A stretch of 64,000 nucleotides of DNA from an uncultured Bacilli bacterium. Its GTDB lineage: Bacteria > Bacillota_I > Bacilli_A > RF39 > UBA660. The stretch spans positions 296,464 to 360,463 of the forward strand of contig CAKOHZ010000002.1 of assembly GCA_934086315.1 (NCBI GenBank), in the 5' to 3' direction. Made by a program: the position numbers and the translations under genes. The notes under the pieces are model-generated. The model did not search any database, was not told the origin of the DNA, and saw nothing but the letters and a program-made list of their open reading frames with translations. Each line of letters opens with the position of its first letter. Position 1 is the first letter of the stretch. Below, in pieces: positions 58,724 through 64,000 of this stretch.

Positions 58724-60811
58724 TTATTTTTTAGTTAAGTATTTATGATTAGCAGCTATACTTTTTATACCTACTCCATGAGCAAATGCTATAGTAGCAA
58801 TACCGCCACTAATCTTAATAACAACACCTTCTCCAAACACAGTATGTATAACATTATCTCCTGCTTTAATTCCATCGCTAGTAGCATTATTATTATACAT
58901 ATTTTCTAGTGTTCTCTTAGGTCTATCATCTGGTCTTACTGACATATTAGTCTTATTAATTAAATCATCATCTATTTCTTTAATAAATCTACTTTCTACT
59001 GTTCCACTGGTTTTACCAAATAGTGTTCTTTGTCTAGCACTTAATAAATAAAGAATGCTTTTAGCTCTAGTAATTCCTACATAACATAATCTTCTTTCTT
59101 CTTCAAGTTCACTAGCACTTTCAAAACTTCTACTATGAGGAAATATTCCTTCTTCCATACCAAGAATAAATACTACTTTAAATTCAAGCCCTTTCGCAGA
59201 ATGAAGAGTCATTAAATTAACAGCATCTTTATTCTCTTTATATTGACCAGCATCACTTACTAGTAATATATTTTCTAAGAATGTTGATAAGTCATATACC
59301 CCACTTTCTTCAAAAGCAACAGCTACTGACTTAAATTCATTTAAGTTTTCTATCTTAGCGTCACTTTCAAGTGATTTATCTAATTCATATTCAGCCCTTA
59401 ACCCACTCTTAACAAGCACATCTTCTATTAATTCAGATAAACTAAGAGTTTTAGCATCCTCTTGTAACTCAAGTATTAATTTCTTAAATTCAAGTTCTTT
59501 TCCTGACTCTATTGAATCAAACATAGATATATCATTTTCACGAGCTTTATTTCGAATATTCTCTATAGTCTTAGTACCTATTCCTCTTTTAGGAGTGTTA
59601 ATTACTCTTTCTAAACTAACTGAATCATTTGAGTTATATACTAAATTTAAGTATGCAATTAAATCTTTAATTTCTTTTCTACTATAGAAGTAATAACTAC
59701 CAATAATATTATATGGAATATTACTTCTTACAAAAGCTTCCTCAATTGTTCTACTTTGAGCATTAGTTCTATAAAGTACAGCAAAATCACTATATTGATA
59801 TCCTTCATCCATCATTTCTTTTATTTTCTTAATGACAAATGAACTTTCCTTAATTTCATCTTCAAGTCTTATATATTCAATCTTTTCTCCATCACCACTT
59901 GATGTCCATAGATTTAGTTTAGTACCCTCTCGATTATTTTTAATTACCGAATTGGCAGCCTTAAGTATTGTATTAGTACTTCTATAATTTTCTTCTAAAA
60001 GAACAATTTTTGTATTCTTATAATCTTTTTCAAAGTTAAGTATATTTCTATAATCAGCATTTCTCCAAGAATATATTGACTGATTAGCATCACCTACGAC
60101 AAAGATATTATGATATTTACTAGCAAGTAACTTACACAATTCATACTGAATGCTATTAGTATCTTGATATTCATCTACTAAAATATATTGAAATCCTTCT
60201 TGATATTTTTCTAATATATCTTTACGTTTCTTAAATAACTCTACTGGTTTTAATAATAAATCATCAAAATCTACTGAGTTATTTTCTTTTAATAATTTTA
60301 TATATTTTTCATATACAAAAGATATTACTTTATCTTCATCTCTTAAAAATAATTTGGAATACTCCAAAGGACTTAAACCATCATTTTTAGCACTACTTAT
60401 TCTAGATATAATATGTTTTATATCATAGTTAGCTGGATCATAAGAATTTTCTTTTAATATTCTTTTAATAAGTGCTTTAGTATCATCTGTATCAAGTATT
60501 GTTATATTAGAAGTATATCCTATATCACTATAATTTTCTCTAAGTATCCTAAGTCCAAATGAATGAAATGTTCCAATAAATATTGAATCAGCAATAGTAT
60601 CAATTTTAGCTTCTACTCTTTCTCTCATTTCTTTTGCTGCTTTATTAGTAAATGTTATTGCAAGTATATTATAGGGACTTACTCCTTCATCTATTAATTT
60701 TATTATTCTTTCAGTTAATACTCTTGTTTTACCACTACCTGCTCCTGCAAGAACTAAACAAGGTCCTTCTTTATGATTAACTGCTTCCAATTGTTTATTA
60801 TTTAACATCAT
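58724..60811 (-). CDS. pcrA: UvrD/PcrA-family ATP-dependent DNA helicase
   Basis: Motif I LAGAGSGKTRVL, motif II VDEYQDTN and other SF1 motifs. C-terminal Tudor-like GDNVIHTVFGEGVV. 695 aa. The symbol is tentative. Confidence 0.75.
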   Translation of the reverse strand: MMLNNKQLEAVNHKEGPCLVLAGAGSGKTRVLTERIIKLIDEGVSPYNILAITFTNKAAKEMRERVEAKIDTIADSIFIGTFHSFGLRILRENYSDIGYTSNITILDTDDTKALIKRILKENSYDPANYDIKHIISRISSAKNDGLSPLEYSKLFLRDEDKVISFVYEKYIKLLKENNSVDFDDLLLKPVELFKKRKDILEKYQEGFQYILVDEYQDTNSIQYELCKLLASKYHNIFVVGDANQSIYSWRNADYRNILNFEKDYKNTKIVLLEENYRSTNTILKAANSVIKNNREGTKLNLWTSSGDGEKIEYIRLEDEIKESSFVIKKIKEMMDEGYQYSDFAVLYRTNAQSRTIEEAFVRSNIPYNIIGSYYFYSRKEIKDLIAYLNLVYNSNDSVSLERVINTPKRGIGTKTIENIRNKARENDISMFDSIESGKELEFKKLILELQEDAKTLSLSELIEDVLVKSGLRAEYELDKSLESDAKIENLNEFKSVAVAFEESGVYDLSTFLENILLVSDAGQYKENKDAVNLMTLHSAKGLEFKVVFILGMEEGIFPHSRSFESASELEEERRLCYVGITRAKSILYLLSARQRTLFGKTSGTVESRFIKEIDDDLINKTNMSVRPDDRPKRTLENMYNNNATSDGIKAGDNVIHTVFGEGVVIKISGGIATIAFAHGVGIKSIAANHKYLTKK

Positions 60812-60912
60812 ATTTATTACCTCTTAACCATTATAACATTAAGATTACTCTTAGAAAAGCAAACAAACAAAATATTTTAAATTCTTTAATATAAAATACT
60901 AAAACTTCACAA

Positions 60913-60937
60913 TAAAAAAACTATTCTAAAGAATAGT
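60913..60937 (-). terminator. intrinsic terminator after sipW
   Basis: ctattc-taaa-gaatag stem plus an A7 on the plus strand (T-run on the minus transcript). Confidence 0.5.
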
Positions 60938-60954
60938 ACTTTTATATTAATGAA

Positions 60955-61506
60955 TTATTTAACTTTTTTATAATCAAGTAATAACATTATAAATTCGCAT
61001 AATTGATATATAAAGAACGCAGCTAAAGGTAAAATAATACATACGAAGAATCCAACTTTAGTTTTAAGAAATGAGAACACTGTTCCTAAAACTGCTACTT
61101 TTGTTCCATTCCATGTAGAGATAATATCTCCTGGAGCAACTTGTTGTGGCTCTTCACTTGTATTTTCACTTTGAGTCACATAAGAAGTCATACCATTGAC
61201 TGTATTTACTGAATTTATACGTTGAATTTTAATAACTTTTGTATTATCTTCCATAACGAAGAATGCTATAATATCACCTTCTTTAAGATCACTTTTTCCA
61301 TCGTATGATTTAGTAATAATTAAGTCACCATTTTTAATAGTGGGTTCCATCGAATTAGATTGAATATCTAATGGAACATATCCAAAAATTTTTGAAACAC
61401 CCTTTTCACGAGATGTAAATGTAATAAGAGTTAAACATGCAGCTAAAACAATAACAACCCAAATCACAACATTTAAAACAACTTTTATAATCTTTTTTCC
61501 CTTCAT
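60955..61506 (-). CDS. sipW: signal peptidase I, SipW type (archaeal/eukaryotic-like S26B)
   Basis: 183 aa. SNSMEPTIKNGDLII has the catalytic Ser region. A second TM at the C-terminus is typical of SipW. Confidence 0.75.
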   Translation of the reverse strand: MKGKKIIKVVLNVVIWVVIVLAACLTLITFTSREKGVSKIFGYVPLDIQSNSMEPTIKNGDLIITKSYDGKSDLKEGDIIAFFVMEDNTKVIKIQRINSVNTVNGMTSYVTQSENTSEEPQQVAPGDIISTWNGTKVAVLGTVFSFLKTKVGFFVCIILPLAAFFIYQLCEFIMLLLDYKKVK

Positions 61507-61521
61507 ATAATGCCTCCAACT

Positions 61522-62544
61522 TTACTGTGCTAATGCATTCTTAGATATTTGAATATTATAAGTAATATTAGAACCTGTAGTGTTTTTTTCACAGTCATAA
61601 TCTTGTCCTTCTACCCAACCATATATTCTAATCTTATTTATACCAGCAGATAAATTAAATAATGTTTTGTTTTCTCCATTAGCATAATTTTTATCAGGAG
61701 TTTGAATATCAGGTGTTACTTCATCAAAATAATCATCTGATTTTGATTGATAATCAATAGCAAATTCACTTGCAATAGCAGCTTTAATTCCATAATAACT
61801 AGAAACTACTGTATCTTTATCAAATGATTTTTCTCCATAACTATTAGCTTGAGAAATTCCTTCTGGTGTATGTATATTTGAATTTGGTTCCCAAATTATA
61901 TTATTTTTTTCATTTAAGCTATTATTTCTAGCACTTCTTAATGCAATTGCAGCAGCAGTAGCACCATTATCAACATTACCTTGATATAAGAATGCAACTC
62001 TAGCAGCATTTTTAAGACCACTATTAGTATCATCTGCTACAACATCAGATGAAGTTGTTAAATATATTGTAGTCGCTTGTGGAGTTAGTATAAATAAATC
62101 AAATGCAACAAAATCTCCATCAGTACCAGCCTTTTCAACTGACTCTTCAGATACTATTTTATATCCATTAGCAGCAGTAACATCAGCTTCAATACTTCCT
62201 TTAAACATTTTCATAAATCCAGTAACAGGATCAACATCACCAACAGTGAAAATAGGAGAAACTTGATTTGGCAATTGATTTGTATTACCATCATAAGCAT
62301 TTTTTAATATATCATTTGTTGAAATATCACTTTTCCAATTAACAGCATCCACTGAAACCTGAATACCAGGTTCAACGCTTACATTAACATCAATACCATC
62401 AGCATTATTGTTTGTGTTATCAATAAACCAAGCATAAGACGCAGTAGTTAATGTAACTGCAGTAACAACCAACATAATAAATGTTGGAATAATTCTCTTT
62501 TTGTTATTTATCATTTCTTCATTTTCCATAATTAATCCTTTCAT
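61522..62544 (-). CDS. TasA/camelysin-family (SipW-cognate) secreted matrix/fibre protein
   Basis: Signal peptide ending …TTASYAWFIDN (SipW-cognate class). 340 aa. Immediately upstream of sipW. Confidence 0.65.
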   Translation of the reverse strand: MKGLIMENEEMINNKKRIIPTFIMLVVTAVTLTTASYAWFIDNTNNNADGIDVNVSVEPGIQVSVDAVNWKSDISTNDILKNAYDGNTNQLPNQVSPIFTVGDVDPVTGFMKMFKGSIEADVTAANGYKIVSEESVEKAGTDGDFVAFDLFILTPQATTIYLTTSSDVVADDTNSGLKNAARVAFLYQGNVDNGATAAAIALRSARNNSLNEKNNIIWEPNSNIHTPEGISQANSYGEKSFDKDTVVSSYYGIKAAIASEFAIDYQSKSDDYFDEVTPDIQTPDKNYANGENKTLFNLSAGINKIRIYGWVEGQDYDCEKNTTGSNITYNIQISKNALAQ

Positions 62545-62653
62545 ATTTATAAAAAATATCCATAATATTTTTTACATAAGGCACAAATTTACCCTATACA
62601 CTATACAAATTTATTATATACTAGATTTTAAAAAAACACAATATTCTAACAAT

Positions 62654-62674
62654 CAAAAAGAAGGTTTCCCTTCT
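62654..62674 (-). terminator. intrinsic terminator after the 109-aa gene
   Basis: agaagg-tttc-ccttct hairpin plus an A5 on the plus strand. Confidence 0.4.
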
Positions 62675-62679
62675 ATAAT

Positions 62680-63009
62680 TTATAAAGTAAATTCATGATT
62701 ACGAGTTATCATTTTTTTGTATGATTTAGCACTTTCAGCATCGCCTATAGCTTTACCTAGTCCAATTACTATGCCATTCTTTTTATTAGGACTTACCTTA
62801 GCAAGTTTAGATATATTATTTGAAATTAAAAATCTCATAATATTATCAACTCTAAAAAATTTATGTGATACGGAATTATAAACATAATAAGAAGAACCAC
62901 CATATCCAGCTTCTTTAGAAAACAATAACATACTAATATCTTTTTTAGCCCTGCCATTGATTACTCTAACTGGTACATATATATCTATATTAGAATATTC
63001 ATCTACCAT
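62680..63009 (-). CDS. hypothetical protein (109 aa)
   Basis: Clean ORF between the BspA-like and TasA-like genes. No motif recognised. Confidence 0.45.
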   Translation of the reverse strand: MVDEYSNIDIYVPVRVINGRAKKDISMLLFSKEAGYGGSSYYVYNSVSHKFFRVDNIMRFLISNNISKLAKVSPNKKNGIVIGLGKAIGDAESAKSYKKMITRNHEFTL

Positions 63010-63058
63010 ACAAACACCTCTATAATCATTTTACATTAATTTACTATTTTTTGTCAAA

Positions 63059-64000
63059 TTAACTTTTAAAAGTAAAATATCCTGGATTACTAGTTCCACC
63101 ATCAATTCTAGCATAAGTTTTATCTATTTTAGCACTATCATATTTAGTACCACTACTACCTACTAAATTAGTAGAATTTAAAAACATATTGTTACTAGTA
63201 GATACTTTATCTATTGAAAACTTATTACTTACATATATGGTTTTTAATTTTGATTTGGAAAACATTTGAGTCATATCAGTTACATTTGATGTATCAAAAC
63301 TACTTAAATCTAAAGATTCTCCTTGGTATCCATCAAACATGTAACTCATATTAGTTACATTACTTGTATTAAAATTGTTAAGTCCTACGATATCAATTAA
63401 AGAGCTAACTTCAAAAGTGCCAATCATATCAGTTACGTTCGAAGTATCAAAATTACTTATATCTAAATATTTTATACTACTACCAAAAAACATCCAATAC
63501 ATACTTGTAGCTTTATTACTTGTAAAACTACTCAAATCTAATTTTGTAACATTACTCTCATAAAACAATTCTTCAACGTCAGTAACATTTTTTATATCAA
63601 AACTACTTAAATCTATACTTGTTGCTTGACTGCTAGAAAACATACTATGCATATTAACTACGTTACTTGTATCAAAACTACTTAAATCAAGTTTATCTAC
63701 TTGACTATTAGAAAACATACTTTCCATGTTTATCACTTTCGATGTATCAAAATCACTAAGGTCTAGTGCACTTACCTGACTATTCAAAAACATACTCTTC
63801 ATATTAGTTACATTATTTGTATTCAAACTACTTAAATCTATACTCGTTGCTTGACTTTTATAATACATATAACTCATTGATATTACAGGTTTACCATTAA
63901 TTGTACTACAAACTTTACTAGTGACAGATGATGTACTATCCTTATCTGTTAAAATAACACCCCATCCATCATCAGAAATATTATTCCAATCATAATTTAT
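63059..64000 (-). CDS. BspA-type (DUF285) leucine-rich-repeat surface protein, 5' end outside window
   Basis: Repeats of DLSSFDTSNVT.M..MF. The frame stays open upstream of the listed Met to the window edge (…NYDWNNISDDGWGVILTDKDSTSSVTSKVCSTINGKPVISMSYM…), parallel to the N-domain of the 54182 paralog. Confidence 0.65.
   Translation of the reverse strand: MNYDWNNISDDGWGVILTDKDSTSSVTSKVCSTINGKPVISMSYMYYKSQATSIDLSSLNTNNVTNMKSMFLNSQVSALDLSDFDTSKVINMESMFSNSQVDKLDLSSFDTSNVVNMHSMFSSSQATSIDLSSFDIKNVTDVEELFYESNVTKLDLSSFTSNKATSMYWMFFGSSIKYLDISNFDTSNVTDMIGTFEVSSLIDIVGLNNFNTSNVTNMSYMFDGYQGESLDLSSFDTSNVTDMTQMFSKSKLKTIYVSNKFSIDKVSTSNNMFLNSTNLVGSSGTKYDSAKIDKTYARIDGGTSNPGYFTFKS

Noticed and set aside
58724-60811. 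Gabija-like (GajA/GajB) defence pair interpretation of the helicase + 864-aa protein
   Set aside because: The 864-aa protein lacks the ATPase P-loop and TOPRIM motifs of GajA. The helicase has a PcrA-type C-terminal domain and its own terminator. Kept only as a low-confidence accessory-module hypothesis.

Overview
AT-rich (~27% GC) chromosomal segment from a spore-forming Firmicute, most likely a Clostridium. All calls rest on motif recognition by eye in the supplied translations; no homology or HMM search was run. Gene density is high and most genes are on the minus strand.

Ordinary content, left to right:
- A 5'-truncated HtpX-like M48 peptidase and a membrane metallophosphoesterase.
- A tricistronic GerA-family germinant receptor operon in A-C-B order.
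- An rpsP-KH operon that ends in an unknown 166-aa gene where rimM/trmD is expected.
- A HAD hydrolase and an FAD oxidoreductase.
- A wall teichoic acid / ribitol-phosphate cluster: TagH/TagG-like ABC exporter, a polytopic membrane protein fused to a PIG-L deacetylase, two TagF-family transferases, TarJ-like and TarI-like enzymes, gpsA, and a TagO/WecA-like transferase.
- A cell-envelope island: a protein built from an internally duplicated module, an SH3b hydrolase ending in a complete dockerin, a membrane-anchored cohesin-like partner, and an LCP ligase.
- A suf Fe-S operon (sufC, mini-sufD, sufS, sufU, sufB) headed by a CsoR-family regulator.
- A 930-bp non-coding gap.
- An MBOAT + DHHW pair and an LtaS-family enzyme.
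- A 16-kb minus-strand Tad/Flp-like block.
- An HD-domain protein.
- A SipW / TasA-like locus with BspA-type DUF285 repeat proteins, interrupted by a UvrD/PcrA-like helicase and an 864-aa + 61-aa operon of unknown function.

No transposase, integrase, CRISPR array, tRNA or rRNA was seen.

Most interesting candidates:
1. The Tad/Flp-like secretion-ATPase cluster (37348-53473) extended by a 1313-aa cysteine-rich secreted giant, two bitopic secreted proteins and a sortase-B domain fused behind a 270-aa cytoplasmic domain.
2. A candidate type I toxin-antitoxin-like module (31101-31394): a 30-aa hydrophobic peptide whose Shine-Dalgarno can be sequestered by its own 5' UTR, with a convergent antisense small RNA that has its own promoter and terminator.
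3. A cohesin-dockerin pair that could tether a cell-wall hydrolase to a membrane scaffold.
4. A G7/C7 homopolymer in the spacer of the predicted csoR-suf promoter.
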